Source of the DNA: a virus
Lineage: Duplodnaviria; Caudoviricetes
Direction: 5' to 3' (one strand)
Virus record (IMG/VR): IMGVR_UViG_3300035498_000778
Location: 32,001 to 96,000 of that record
DNA: 64,000 nt
Shown: in pieces, positions 8,965 to 19,337 of the stretch
Layout: each line of letters starts with the position of its first letter
Numbering within the stretch: position 1 is the stretch's first letter
Position numbers and translations under genes: made by a program
The notes under the pieces: model-generated
The model's input: only the letters and a program-made list of their open reading frames with translations
Database searches by the model: none
What the model was told of the DNA's origin: nothing

Positions 8965-11079
8965 ATGAAAGCTAAAGTTATTATAGACAACGGTGAGGAG
9001 ATAAGAAAGAGTAAATTCTTATCAAAATGGAAAAAAGATATGATGAAGAGTATGCTTCAGATGAATCCACAATGGAGTGAAGAGAAAATAAGTGATATCA
9101 TAGATGATATGATAATCGAAAGATTCCAAAACCCAGAGGTGCTATGCGATAATAATTATACACACGAGTCAAAAAGAAGTAACTTGTTAGACGTCGTTGA
9201 CTGGGTAATGGATAAGAAACCTATTATTGCAGGAAATGGAACTTTTTATTTGAATCAAGATCAAGCAATTAATCCGAACGCTGTAATGGTAAATTCATTT
9301 CTAGCAGAGCGTAAAGCTATAAAGAAAAAGATGTTCTCAATTGAGGATGACACCAGCGAAGAATATGCGGCATGTGATAGAGATCAGGGTAATAAGAAAA
9401 GGTTAGCGAATTCATATTATGGAGGTTCAGGTGCTGAAACGTCAGCGTTTTATTCAAAGTGGAGTGCTCCTGCAACTACACTAACTGCACAGTCGGTAAT
9501 TAGTACCTGTGAGAGTACGATAGAAGCATTTTTAGGTAATAACTTCTTATTCTTAGATTTAGATGAGTGTATCCACTGGATGAATTTGGTGTTGAAAGAA
9601 AATCCTAAATCAGATAAATGGCTCACAAGTCATAATATAGATGATGTATTTGAGCGATTAGTGTCTAGATTCTATGATTATAACAACAGGTATGATCATA
9701 TTTTATATGAGTATCTATCGAATTGTAATCAAGATGAATTGAACGCCATTTATTATAAGAATAATATAACTGCGTTTACAAGTGAGAACTCATATGTATG
9801 TGATTTATACGAGAAGGTGTTCTCCAATGTTCAGATATATGAGACTGCAGATGATATAGCTTCTGTACCTGAGTTCTTTATATCCAAGCATTTAGACTTA
9901 GATGAAAATGCTATTATTAAAAAATGGAATTTATTTGTTAATGAATCGGCATTTCTTAATCCTAATAGTATCCCAGAAGCTGTCGCGTCATATATGGACG
10001 AGATTAAAAAGTTATATATGAAATACGTTTACATCGATTATATAATCGCAGATAAAATATATAGATTAAGGAAGTTCAAGCGAGATGCGGTTGTAATCGT
10101 TGATACTGATTCATGTATAATACAAATGGACACATGGACAGAATTATGTAGAAATTATATAATGAAATCAGATTATGGAAGAAATCCTGACATGAATACG
10201 TATATAGCTATCAACTCTATGACTGCTATCCTAACGGATGTTATTAGAGACATATTATATAAATATAGCCATTATACTAATATATGTGAAGAGCATTGTC
10301 GAGTTTTCAATATGAAGAACGAATTTTTATTCAGTAAGCTCATAATCGGAACTAAAAAGAAAAGATACATGAGCTTGATAAAAGTACGTGAAGGCACATT
10401 GCTCACAAAAGAAAAGTACGACGTTAAAGGTTTTGACTACATGAAGAGTGGAACCTCTATACAGGCAAAAGAATTCTTCGATCATATAGTTAAAGATTTA
10501 ATGTTATACACAAAGGATATAGATGTGTCATGTATTCGTAAAGAGTTAGAGATATTCACTAATAATATTTATAATGATTTACAAGCAGGGAATACTGGGT
10601 TCTTACCATTATTAAAGGTTAAAGAAGCAGGAAATTACGCTGATCCTTGGAGAGAAGCAGGTGTTCGTGGTGCTGTAACGTGGAATATATTGTATCCTGA
10701 CGAAGGTATAGAATTTCCAGTCAGTGTATCTGCGTTAAAGCTTACTATTAACGATGAATCCGATATAGCAGAATTACAATATACAGATCCAGAAATATAT
10801 GAAAAACTACTAGAGGTTTTGAATCATGAAATGACATACAAGGTTAGTAAAAGTGGAAAACGAGAATCGAGAGGAATTGCTATATTATGCATCCCACAAG
10901 GTGCTAAGATACCTGAATGGACTAAACCTTATATTGATTACGAAACAATCATTAATACAATAATCGGTAAGTTTAAAGGCGTAAGTAATTTGCTAAAGAT
11001 TAAATCTATAAAGGTAGGAAAGAAGATAGGATCCAATGATAGAAAGAGTGAGAAGTTATCTAACATAATAGGATTCTAA
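8965..11079 (+). CDS. Family B DNA polymerase, C-terminal catalytic half (split phiKZ/AR9 type)
   Basis: Motif B KRLANSYYG, motif C VDTDS and KKRY present; no exonuclease or motif A region seen. Confidence 0.85.
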   Translation: MKAKVIIDNGEEIRKSKFLSKWKKDMMKSMLQMNPQWSEEKISDIIDDMIIERFQNPEVLCDNNYTHESKRSNLLDVVDWVMDKKPIIAGNGTFYLNQDQAINPNAVMVNSFLAERKAIKKKMFSIEDDTSEEYAACDRDQGNKKRLANSYYGGSGAETSAFYSKWSAPATTLTAQSVISTCESTIEAFLGNNFLFLDLDECIHWMNLVLKENPKSDKWLTSHNIDDVFERLVSRFYDYNNRYDHILYEYLSNCNQDELNAIYYKNNITAFTSENSYVCDLYEKVFSNVQIYETADDIASVPEFFISKHLDLDENAIIKKWNLFVNESAFLNPNSIPEAVASYMDEIKKLYMKYVYIDYIIADKIYRLRKFKRDAVVIVDTDSCIIQMDTWTELCRNYIMKSDYGRNPDMNTYIAINSMTAILTDVIRDILYKYSHYTNICEEHCRVFNMKNEFLFSKLIIGTKKKRYMSLIKVREGTLLTKEKYDVKGFDYMKSGTSIQAKEFFDHIVKDLMLYTKDIDVSCIRKELEIFTNNIYNDLQAGNTGFLPLLKVKEAGNYADPWREAGVRGAVTWNILYPDEGIEFPVSVSALKLTINDESDIAELQYTDPEIYEKLLEVLNHEMTYKVSKSGKRESRGIAILCIPQGAKIPEWTKPYIDYETIINTIIGKFKGVSNLLKIKSIKVGKKIGSNDRKSEKLSNIIGF

Positions 11080-11090
11080 TAACTAAGGGT

Positions 11091-11120
11091 AAGTTGTACA
11101 TGGGCATCCATGTACAACTT
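11091..11120 (+). terminator. Terminator hairpin
   Basis: AAGTTGTACATGG / CCATGTACAACTT. Confidence 0.7.
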
Positions 11121-11129
11121 TGTTATTTA

Positions 11130-11162
11130 CCGTAATAGCATATTATTTAATTATATATTATA
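11130..11162 (+). promoter_or_regulatory. Bipartite early promoter CCGTAA-N14-ATTATATATTATA
   Basis: Identical spacing in five copies. Confidence 0.75.
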
Positions 11163-11167
11163 ATTGT

Positions 11168-11224
11168 GAATATAGAGATTAATATTAGCACATCGTTTCT
11201 ATGTTCCAGTATATAAGGATGTGC
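11168..11224 (+). ncRNA. Structured 5' leader (pseudoknot type II) containing TTCTATGTTCC
   Basis: GAATATAGAGA pairs with TTTCTATGTTC; GCACATC pairs with GATGTGC; the two stems cross. Confidence 0.5.
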
Positions 11225-11251
11225 ATCTTACATACCATAGGAGGTATAATT

Positions 11252-11545
11252 ATGAAAACAAATAATATCCAAAGAAAAGACCTAGTCAGCATCCTAGAGG
11301 AGCAATACTATGCGCAGTATGAGATATACGTAGATCTATATCCTGGCAAACGCAGAGAAAACAGACCAGCTAAGGTACTACTTGGCTACGACGGCTTGTT
11401 TAATCCAGATATGTCAGATGGTGCTATCGCTCTACTAATCATGTTCCAAGGCGACTATGACAAAGCTCGTCAACATCAAAAAGCAATCATCGACAGGATG
11501 GAAGACGTCCTACGCGATGCTGGCTTGGAAGATAAGCTTATGTAA
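11252..11545 (+). CDS. Small early hypothetical protein
   Basis: AGGAGGT SD before ATG 11252; early promoter upstream; terminator about 11566-11592. Confidence 0.7.
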   Translation: MKTNNIQRKDLVSILEEQYYAQYEIYVDLYPGKRRENRPAKVLLGYDGLFNPDMSDGAIALLIMFQGDYDKARQHQKAIIDRMEDVLRDAGLEDKLM

Positions 11546-11650
11546 TAAGTCTAGAAGAGTCTTTATGAGGAGTTTTTATGACTCCTCTTTTTTTATTTTT
11601 TATACGTGGTAAACAATCATATAATTTAATTTTATGGAGGAATAAAAATA

Positions 11651-12367
11651 ATGAGTGATTTTGAATTTAGAGATGTCATAACTAATAACGATGAAGGTTA
11701 TGACAATATATCAAAAAACAACAATAACGGCTCAGAAAATATAAGAACCGTGGCTAAGTTTGAAAAAGTGACTTTTGAGCAATTCTTTGATGATATGAGA
11801 AGTACTGGTTGTTTAGATGTTTTTTTGGATCCAGCTTCTGGATATGTATCTGATACTTCAGAAGCAGTAGGAAGAGTAGTAGAACTAGTTGAGAAAATTT
11901 ATGACAACATTAAGATTCCTTGTAGAGCTACTAATAAGTCTGCGGGATATGATTTTTTCTTGCCATTTAATTATAGTATATACTCTGGAATACAGTCAAT
12001 TGTAATTCCTACTGGTATAAGATGTAATATGCAAGAAGATGTCGCTTTATGGTTGATGCCTAAATCTGGTCTTGGCTTTAAGTATCATATGCAGTTAATG
12101 AATACAATAGGATTAGTTGATGCGGATTACTATAACAGCGATAACGAAGGACATATCATGTTAAAGATAAGTACAGACGACATGCAGCAATCATGTGGAT
12201 GTCATAGTAGTGATGATTCGTCTAACAAAGAAAAGTATGTACCGGAATATCTACAAGAGGGTAAAAAGATAATACAAGGAGTATTTTTAAAATACTACAC
12301 AACTAGTGATGATGATCAGACCGATTTTCAAACTAGGAATGGTGGATTCGGTTCCACAGGAGAATAA
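11651..12367 (+). CDS. dut: Trimeric dUTPase
   Basis: Motifs SAGYDF, PTG, PKSGLG, GLVDADYY, RNGGFGSTG. Confidence 0.93.
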   Translation: MSDFEFRDVITNNDEGYDNISKNNNNGSENIRTVAKFEKVTFEQFFDDMRSTGCLDVFLDPASGYVSDTSEAVGRVVELVEKIYDNIKIPCRATNKSAGYDFFLPFNYSIYSGIQSIVIPTGIRCNMQEDVALWLMPKSGLGFKYHMQLMNTIGLVDADYYNSDNEGHIMLKISTDDMQQSCGCHSSDDSSNKEKYVPEYLQEGKKIIQGVFLKYYTTSDDDQTDFQTRNGGFGSTGE

Positions 12368-12474
12368 TTATGTATATAATATATGCGAAGCAATTCGCAT
12401 ATATTTTTTGTGCAAATTTTACCTATCCCCCAACATAATAGTAATCAAAATAAAAATAGAAAGGTTGAATAATT

Positions 12475-13257
12475 ATGAGTGAATTATTTGGAGAGTACTA
12501 TGATATAGATAGTCACAGTATTTTAAAAGGTGTATCTGTGGATTTAATAATAGAATACTTAAAGGAGCAAATGGTTGATCCTTATAACTTAAGTACAAGA
12601 AACTATGTTGATGAATTTATAGGTGACTATGAATATTCTAAAAAGTGTGTAATAGAAGGAAATGAAGAAGCTGATGATATTAACGATACGGAACTAGATG
12701 AAGAGCTAGCTAGAGTAGAAGGGTATAGAAACAGGTTCATTGAATTCGTAAGAGGATTATTTTATAATAATTTATCAATAGGACTTAATGAATTTGATGA
12801 TATAGCACCTGATAAGCAGGATAAAATCTTGTCCGTTGTATATAGGTATTTTGTATTGAATATTAAGCGTAATTTCCTTAATTTATGTGAAGGATATATT
12901 GAAGAGCATAGGAATGATTTGGCTAAAGTTTATAAGAGAAACGGTGACATCACGGCGTTAGCACAAAAAACACGTGTTACTGATCCAATCGATATGATCA
13001 TCATTTCATCGCTGCCAGAGATTATTAATGAGATTATGAATATCGAATATCCTATTGACGAGTTCGTTGTCCATACATATGGTCTAGAACCTCCTGAGTA
13101 TGATGCAGTATTAGTCAAGGAATTAATTGATAAAGATATTATAACTGGTAACTTTGTACCACATTATAAAAAGCTTGCTAGCGATTACTTACTTAATGAT
13201 ATTGAATTCATCATAAAATCAAGCATATTGAGTAAGTATAATGCTGAGAAAGAATAA
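12475..13257 (+). CDS. Hypothetical acidic protein
   Basis: 260-aa ORF with SD and late promoter 12432-12443. Confidence 0.6.
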   Translation: MSELFGEYYDIDSHSILKGVSVDLIIEYLKEQMVDPYNLSTRNYVDEFIGDYEYSKKCVIEGNEEADDINDTELDEELARVEGYRNRFIEFVRGLFYNNLSIGLNEFDDIAPDKQDKILSVVYRYFVLNIKRNFLNLCEGYIEEHRNDLAKVYKRNGDITALAQKTRVTDPIDMIIISSLPEIINEIMNIEYPIDEFVVHTYGLEPPEYDAVLVKELIDKDIITGNFVPHYKKLASDYLLNDIEFIIKSSILSKYNAEKE

Positions 13258-13262
13258 AATTG

Positions 13263-13275
13263 ATTATATATTATA
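13263..13275 (+). promoter_or_regulatory. Early promoter
   Basis: ATTATATATTATA. Confidence 0.7.
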
Positions 13276-13357
13276 ATCTTAATGTGTACCAGTAAATTAT
13301 TATTGAGTATACATAAAGTTAAAATAAATTCAAACAAGAAAAAATGGAGGTTTTGCT

Positions 13358-14035
13358 ATGAGCAACTTTTACGGTAATCAATCGAACAGACAGTTCGGTA
13401 GTAACAACACAAACACAAGGGTTATGACATTATATTGTGATTTATCACAAATGATTATAACGTATTGGAATGACAAGGTATCTATCAAGATGACATCTGT
13501 TATTCCAGAGAGTGTGGTTGAAGGACAACTAAGGAGATATAATGATGGTGGTATTACTTTTGCACTCAGTCCATCTAAAGCTGTAGTAGTAGCTGAAGGT
13601 ATAACTGATTTGATATGCGGACGTAATAAGGGTTTCACTATCGAAACAGGCACACCGGGTAATGTTAATGAAGTTACCATCAAGCTGGATGAATCTGGTG
13701 ACTATGTGTTAATCTGTAACCGTCAATCACAGAATATCAGTATAACATATAAGTTTAACTCTGTTGATGTTAAAGAGATTAAGGATGATGGTTCTCTTGT
13801 AACTTCTAAGGTTCAAGGTGAACTGCTAAGTTTGAAGAGAATACTAGATAGTTATTCTGGTATCGTGTATGGTTCACAACACGCAGCGTCATTGAGTAAC
13901 AACTACAGACAATCTGCTAACAGACAACATACATCAAATGGATATAGCAGTTACCAACAGCCACAACAACAAGAAGCTACCGTCACTAATGTTTCATCAC
14001 CAGATGACATATTTGACGTTGAATCTTTGTTCTAA
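13358..14035 (+). CDS. Putative single-stranded DNA-binding protein
   Basis: Beta-rich body, Q/N-rich linker and acidic-hydrophobic C-terminal tip DDIFDVESLF typical of SSB tails; early promoter. Confidence 0.4.
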   Translation: MSNFYGNQSNRQFGSNNTNTRVMTLYCDLSQMIITYWNDKVSIKMTSVIPESVVEGQLRRYNDGGITFALSPSKAVVVAEGITDLICGRNKGFTIETGTPGNVNEVTIKLDESGDYVLICNRQSQNISITYKFNSVDVKEIKDDGSLVTSKVQGELLSLKRILDSYSGIVYGSQHAASLSNNYRQSANRQHTSNGYSSYQQPQQQEATVTNVSSPDDIFDVESLF

Positions 14036-14100
14036 TAAAAAAGTATGTCTAAAAGATGGAGCAAGTTGCTCCATCTTTTTTATGTTTGGGAGGAATAAAA

Positions 14101-14826
14101 ATGAGTAAAAGAAATGGTAATATATTGACAGGTGATGATGTTTTATTTGTTGAATTTGATGATATCATCAAAACACCATCGTTAACGTTAACATCACTAG
14201 TATCCAGATTAGATACTAAAGAAACCCAGATTTTAGATACGTCATTGGTGAAAGAGTATGATCCTCTGGCATTAATAGAATGGTATATCATGAGAAAGCA
14301 CAGAAACATTGTTGCTGAGCTGAGCAAATTGAAAACTCTGGATGAATCTGAATATGAGGATGTCCTAACTTATTTCTTAAAATCTCTTGATGCAGTGTAT
14401 GCTAGCTCACTGAGACTTAAGGGATGTGAACTTATTTATACGGCGCTATATCATAAAACATGCGACGAAATAATAATATATAGCGATTATACGAACGATG
14501 CCTATGTAAAGGAATGCACGAGGTTATTCGGTGATAAGGTAACTATTGTCGGAGGAGATTTTAGACAATCGATTAGATCTCTCCCTTATAATTCTTCATA
14601 TGTAATATCTGACATTAAAAAATTGAATATTTTATATGAAGAAAACAAGATAAACTGTACATCAGTTTTATTACCATTGGAATACCACTATAATAATATT
14701 CCAAATTGTTCAGAGATGATTCAGAAATATTGTGAGGATAAAAGTAAGCCTGTGAAGATAATGTACTTCCCAGTATGGTATACAGATCAGGATACAAAGC
14801 AGTCTGATAAAGGACAAAAAGCGTAG
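14101..14826 (+). CDS. Hypothetical protein, possibly a degenerate HAD-like fold
   Basis: N-terminal VLFVEFDDII resembles HAD motif I (hhhDxD). Confidence 0.3.
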   Translation: MSKRNGNILTGDDVLFVEFDDIIKTPSLTLTSLVSRLDTKETQILDTSLVKEYDPLALIEWYIMRKHRNIVAELSKLKTLDESEYEDVLTYFLKSLDAVYASSLRLKGCELIYTALYHKTCDEIIIYSDYTNDAYVKECTRLFGDKVTIVGGDFRQSIRSLPYNSSYVISDIKKLNILYEENKINCTSVLLPLEYHYNNIPNCSEMIQKYCEDKSKPVKIMYFPVWYTDQDTKQSDKGQKA

Positions 14827-14906
14827 TTTAGAGGAAACCGCATTTTTTATTAACTGTAAACAATAGTATAAATTAAATTTCAAATTTTTATGGAGGAAAT
14901 TGTTTT

Positions 14907-16853
14907 ATGAGTACAGAAAAACTAGAAAGAGAAAATGCCACATTTGGCGAAAGGCATGGCTTACATTTAGAGCCAATGTCTAACACACTAGGTAAGAGTG
15001 AATTCCAAACAAGAGTTAAAAAGGTATTTGCAGCTATTGCAGATAAGATTGGAAAGTCATTAGGACCCGGTGGCGAAACAACTTTTATTGCAAATTACCC
15101 TTATGTCCACCCAACAAAGGATGGTTATACAATCATGAAGAATCTAAGTTTTGACTTGTTCATCGATGATATAATTAAGGATATGGCGGATAAAGTTTGT
15201 AGTAGATTAAACTATAGTGTCGGTGACGGTACTACAAGTGCTATTATGGCTACTAACGCAGTTTATGATTCAGTAGCAACATCTCTAGATACCTATGGGT
15301 ACAAGTCAAGAGAAATAACTGAAGCATTTGATGAGATTCGTGAGGAAGTTGTTTCAGCTATGAAACAAGTAGCTATTGATATCCGCACAGATGATTCTAC
15401 GGAACTAGCACAGCGAGTACGTGAGATAGCATCTATATCATCTAACGGTAACGATGAAATTATTAACATAGTTACTGATTTATATTCTACTCTTATGTAT
15501 CCAGCTATTACAGTGGTACTAGCTAAGGATGGTGTGACTAAGTCAAGAATTATAAGAGGATATGAAGCTGAGGTACTATTAACTGATAAGATGTACATAA
15601 ATAATGATGATAATACAATGAATATTAATTCAGGTGACGTTATCGTTTTTGACCATAAGGTTAACGAGAATACATACAAGAGTATCATAAAGCCTTTAAA
15701 TGAAGAATGTAAGGCTAGGGGTAGAAAGTTGGTCGTTATTGCACCTTTTTATGATGAGGTAGCTTTAACAGGTATCATTAGACGTGATATTCTTGACGAA
15801 TACAACAAGGGAAAGTCAGTGAACCTAGTATTGACTGCTTGTAGAAACATGAATAGTAATCACAAGAACATGATTGCAGATTTAGCCATGTTATTGAATA
15901 CAGAGCTAATCACTAGCGGTAGAGAAGAAGAAATCGTTAAATCTACAGCTAGAGATAATATTCAAAGATTCTTTAACCTAGACGATAGAGCTATTGATGG
16001 TATATCTGTAGCAGCCTTAGGTTTAGATGTTGAGACTAAGAGCCCATATCTTTATATAGTTCCTGAGGAGGATAGAGCTAACCATAAGTTTATAGACTGG
16101 ACACTGGAGGAAGATCAAAAAACACCAACGGGTATCAGTCGTATTCGTGTAGGATTCGCTCGTAATATTGAATTAGGTCTTGGTTCATCTATCTTTGGTG
16201 ATTTTGTTTATAACGAAGACTTGTATAACAAGTTCTTGCAAGATGCAAAGATAGACTTAGAAGAGACTGTCGAAAAGTATAAGAAGCTAGGCTCGTTTAG
16301 TACTGAGGTTGTAAACAAGCAAAAGAGATTATATCGTCTAGGAATGAAGATGGGTATAATTGAAGTAGGCGGAGAATCTGATATATCTCAGAAGTATCTA
16401 AAGGATGCTGTTGATGATACAGTAAGAGCAGTAGAATCTGCATACAATCATGGTATTGTACAAGGTTGTCATGTAACACTTGTTGATGTATTGAAGTCCA
16501 TTGTTACTGGCTATAGAAAGTTGGTTAATGATGGCGAAATCGTATCAGAAGATGCCATAGAACACAACAAGTTGAAGATTATGCTAGTCTCATCCTTAAT
16601 TACTGGATTTACATCAGTATATGAATCAGTCCTAAGAAATGCTGATATATCTGATGATGACATTAGTAGTATTACCACAGAATCAAGTAAACAGGTAATT
16701 GCTTACAACATCATGACAAAGTCATATGATGGTACAGTAATCAATAGTTGTGAGACTGATATTGAAATTCTCCGTGCGGTTATAGATTTAGTGGGACTAA
16801 TAGTGACTGCTAATCAGTTAGTAATTTGTGAAGGAAGAAATGGTGATCAGTAA
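14907..16853 (+). CDS. groEL: Phage GroEL-like chaperonin
   Basis: Motifs SLGPGG, TKDGYTI, VGDGTTSA, IEVGG. Confidence 0.92.
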   Translation: MSTEKLERENATFGERHGLHLEPMSNTLGKSEFQTRVKKVFAAIADKIGKSLGPGGETTFIANYPYVHPTKDGYTIMKNLSFDLFIDDIIKDMADKVCSRLNYSVGDGTTSAIMATNAVYDSVATSLDTYGYKSREITEAFDEIREEVVSAMKQVAIDIRTDDSTELAQRVREIASISSNGNDEIINIVTDLYSTLMYPAITVVLAKDGVTKSRIIRGYEAEVLLTDKMYINNDDNTMNINSGDVIVFDHKVNENTYKSIIKPLNEECKARGRKLVVIAPFYDEVALTGIIRRDILDEYNKGKSVNLVLTACRNMNSNHKNMIADLAMLLNTELITSGREEEIVKSTARDNIQRFFNLDDRAIDGISVAALGLDVETKSPYLYIVPEEDRANHKFIDWTLEEDQKTPTGISRIRVGFARNIELGLGSSIFGDFVYNEDLYNKFLQDAKIDLEETVEKYKKLGSFSTEVVNKQKRLYRLGMKMGIIEVGGESDISQKYLKDAVDDTVRAVESAYNHGIVQGCHVTLVDVLKSIVTGYRKLVNDGEIVSEDAIEHNKLKIMLVSSLITGFTSVYESVLRNADISDDDISSITTESSKQVIAYNIMTKSYDGTVINSCETDIEILRAVIDLVGLIVTANQLVICEGRNGDQ

Positions 16854-17632
16854 TGGAATATCAAACATTGCAACAATTTATCGAGGAACCCTTCGGTAAA
16901 AAAAGTAATGCGGGCACTGAGTACAGAACAAAATATAACATATTCAAAAATGCCAACAAGATAAAACTTGTTGGCATTTCATTAGTTAGTGATGAATATT
17001 ATTATCATCTCAAAGTACCATCTGAGAGTACTACTACATATTATGACGTGGTAATATTATTCTTTTCGGATGACCCTAAAATTTCTAAAAGTCATTCTTT
17101 AACAGAATATAAAATTAAGTTCTTTTCTAACTGCCCAAGTTTTACTTATAAATATGCAGCGCTTTATAAAAAAGAAAAATATCTCATAGAGCAGTTGTAT
17201 CAAAAACTTAATGTTAATTATTTAAATACTATGCCTGATAAGACTAATCCGGACTATCAACTTATGTATGATAAGTCTTTATTCTTTGCTTGCTCATATC
17301 TACTTGATCATAAGCTTTTTGTTCTTAACAAGACTAATGTCTTTATTAAGAAAAAAACGTTCTCTAAATTTGTAGATGATATAAGAGAAAGCGAAGATGT
17401 TATGACTGATATAGCCATAAGTAAAATGGAGAAATCTATCAAAGAACCGGAGAAAAAGAAACTAGGTAATTTGGTAGCAAGATATGGGGATGCAGGTAAG
17501 ATGAACCCAGTCATAGCAAAGCAAGTTGGTAAAAATTTAGCAGACCATAAAATAGGTAAGGTAAAGCCGAAAGCTAAGGTTAAACCTAAACCTAAAAAAC
17601 GAGCCAAAAAGAAGACTTCTGGGTTAACATAA
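16853..17632 (+). CDS. Hypothetical protein with Lys-rich tail
   Basis: Translationally coupled to groEL (TAATG overlap). Confidence 0.6.
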   Translation: MEYQTLQQFIEEPFGKKSNAGTEYRTKYNIFKNANKIKLVGISLVSDEYYYHLKVPSESTTTYYDVVILFFSDDPKISKSHSLTEYKIKFFSNCPSFTYKYAALYKKEKYLIEQLYQKLNVNYLNTMPDKTNPDYQLMYDKSLFFACSYLLDHKLFVLNKTNVFIKKKTFSKFVDDIRESEDVMTDIAISKMEKSIKEPEKKKLGNLVARYGDAGKMNPVIAKQVGKNLADHKIGKVKPKAKVKPKPKKRAKKKTSGLT

Positions 17633-17639
17633 ATAAACG

Positions 17640-17652
17640 ATTATATATTATA
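17640..17652 (+). promoter_or_regulatory. Early promoter
   Basis: ATTATATATTATA. Confidence 0.7.
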
Positions 17653-17706
17653 ATGATGATATAACAACCGAATATGTTTTGTCTTTCGAAAGGAGAAATT
17701 ATTATC

Positions 17707-19248
17707 ATGAGTATGATTCCAAAAATAACTAAGTGGAAAAACAACGGTAAAGTGAAACTTGTTGATTATGACAACAAGCAATTTATAATTCACTTTGATG
17801 AGAAGTTGAATAATCCCGCGTTAGCATGCTACAATACGTTCATTATCAACAAAACTAGTTATGCAAATAAGTTAGATTCTATAAGCAGATATATAGCTTA
17901 TTTCATGAAGTACTATGATGAAGATGACGAACTACTGATGGCGTATTTAAAACTTAAGCATGATGTCGATGTTGTACATAAGTACACAGCCGATAATATG
18001 GATGAGTTTATAAACGATTTGTATGAGATTATGTTTACACCTTCAATCGAGCATAACCTTGACCAACTTGTAGAGTATAATAACGTTATTGACATTGAGT
18101 CTGACGACGACGGTAAAAAACAATACAAGACGACTAAGAAGTATGTGGAAAGTCTAGAGTTCACAAATAAGCACGTATCGTTATTATACAAGATAAGTTT
18201 TTGTATGAAGATGATAATACCCATCATGATGCACTACTTCGTAGTCAATAGGATTAAACCTAATAGTGATGAGAGTGGGAATATTTATAAATTCTTTGAG
18301 CCACTAATGGGTTCTAGATTTTCCAGTGAGATTAATATATACAACAAGTTATACGTGTATGTTAAATGCAAAATCCAAGAGAACCGTTCTCAAAATAGTA
18401 CTATCTATGAGCAGCGTGATATCTTTGGTAAGGACATCTCTACTTTGACGCAAGAATTTCTACGTAAGAAACTGATAACCGAGAATTTGTTTAAATATGA
18501 ATTTAATGGTAACCCTGTTGCATTAAACAAGACTATCGTGCAATCTCAATTAGGATATTTCATCAAAGAGAAGTATACTAAAACTATGACTCTTGTTAAT
18601 ATGGAACAGAATGGTGATGGACTATCAGGTATGGAAAAACTAGAAATGAGCATGGCTAAACTCGATGAAGGTATGCTAATATTTGCAGAAATTAACATAG
18701 CAAACGCCATAGAATCAATAAGAAACAGATACCAGTTCGATATAGGCGAAGATGAGTTACAATATATGATTCAATACCATATACCTTGTGAACTACAGAT
18801 AGAATTGATAACTCTGTTCTTTACTAAATACTTTGGCGAGTCCAGGAATATAAAACTATGCAATAAGAGGCAATACTGTACACTAGCTTTAATTTTAAAG
18901 AAACTATTACTAACGATGGAAGCTAATGAAACAGGTCAATTGGATATCAGTTATCTACCTTATGTGTTAACTGGTAATCTAGATGGAAAGGTTGAAGAAT
19001 CTATTATCAGAAACAACAAATTTGTTAATAAGCTACAAGCGTCTCCCAAGTATCAACAGTTAATTAATACAAAATATAAAGCTTTGGAAGAAATTCGTCC
19101 AGATACAATTTTGCTACTAATATCTTCTCTATGCAAGACACATTTTACCTATGTTACTCCTGAATATAAAGAAAAAACAGGAGAACCAATAGATACTAAT
19201 AAAAACAAGTTAGCATATGAGATGATTAATCTACTTTCATTAGCATAG
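17707..19248 (+). CDS. Probable nvRNAP promoter-specificity (sigma-like) subunit, AR9 gp226 / phiKZ gp68-like
   Basis: About 510 aa, helical, early promoter. Lies two genes from groEL, mirroring AR9 gp228 (GroEL) and gp226. Contains the segment LYKISFCMKMIIPIMMHY. Confidence 0.55.
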   Translation: MSMIPKITKWKNNGKVKLVDYDNKQFIIHFDEKLNNPALACYNTFIINKTSYANKLDSISRYIAYFMKYYDEDDELLMAYLKLKHDVDVVHKYTADNMDEFINDLYEIMFTPSIEHNLDQLVEYNNVIDIESDDDGKKQYKTTKKYVESLEFTNKHVSLLYKISFCMKMIIPIMMHYFVVNRIKPNSDESGNIYKFFEPLMGSRFSSEINIYNKLYVYVKCKIQENRSQNSTIYEQRDIFGKDISTLTQEFLRKKLITENLFKYEFNGNPVALNKTIVQSQLGYFIKEKYTKTMTLVNMEQNGDGLSGMEKLEMSMAKLDEGMLIFAEINIANAIESIRNRYQFDIGEDELQYMIQYHIPCELQIELITLFFTKYFGESRNIKLCNKRQYCTLALILKKLLLTMEANETGQLDISYLPYVLTGNLDGKVEESIIRNNKFVNKLQASPKYQQLINTKYKALEEIRPDTILLLISSLCKTHFTYVTPEYKEKTGEPIDTNKNKLAYEMINLLSLA

Positions 19249-19262
19249 ATAAAAGAAATTTT

Positions 19263-19292
19263 AAATACAAGTCTCATATGAGACTTGTATTT
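19263..19292. terminator. Perfect 30-bp palindrome / terminator
   Basis: AAATACAAGTCTCAT|ATGAGACTTGTATTT followed by a T-run. Confidence 0.7.
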
Positions 19293-19337
19293 TTTTAATA
19301 ACAGTTAGTTAAATTAATAAAAGGAGATTATACTATT

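Noticed and set aside
11130-11164. Host sigma-A promoter, because the early motif contains TATAAT
   Set aside because: No TTGACA-like -35 at 17 nt; the conserved upstream element lies 23 nt from TATAAT
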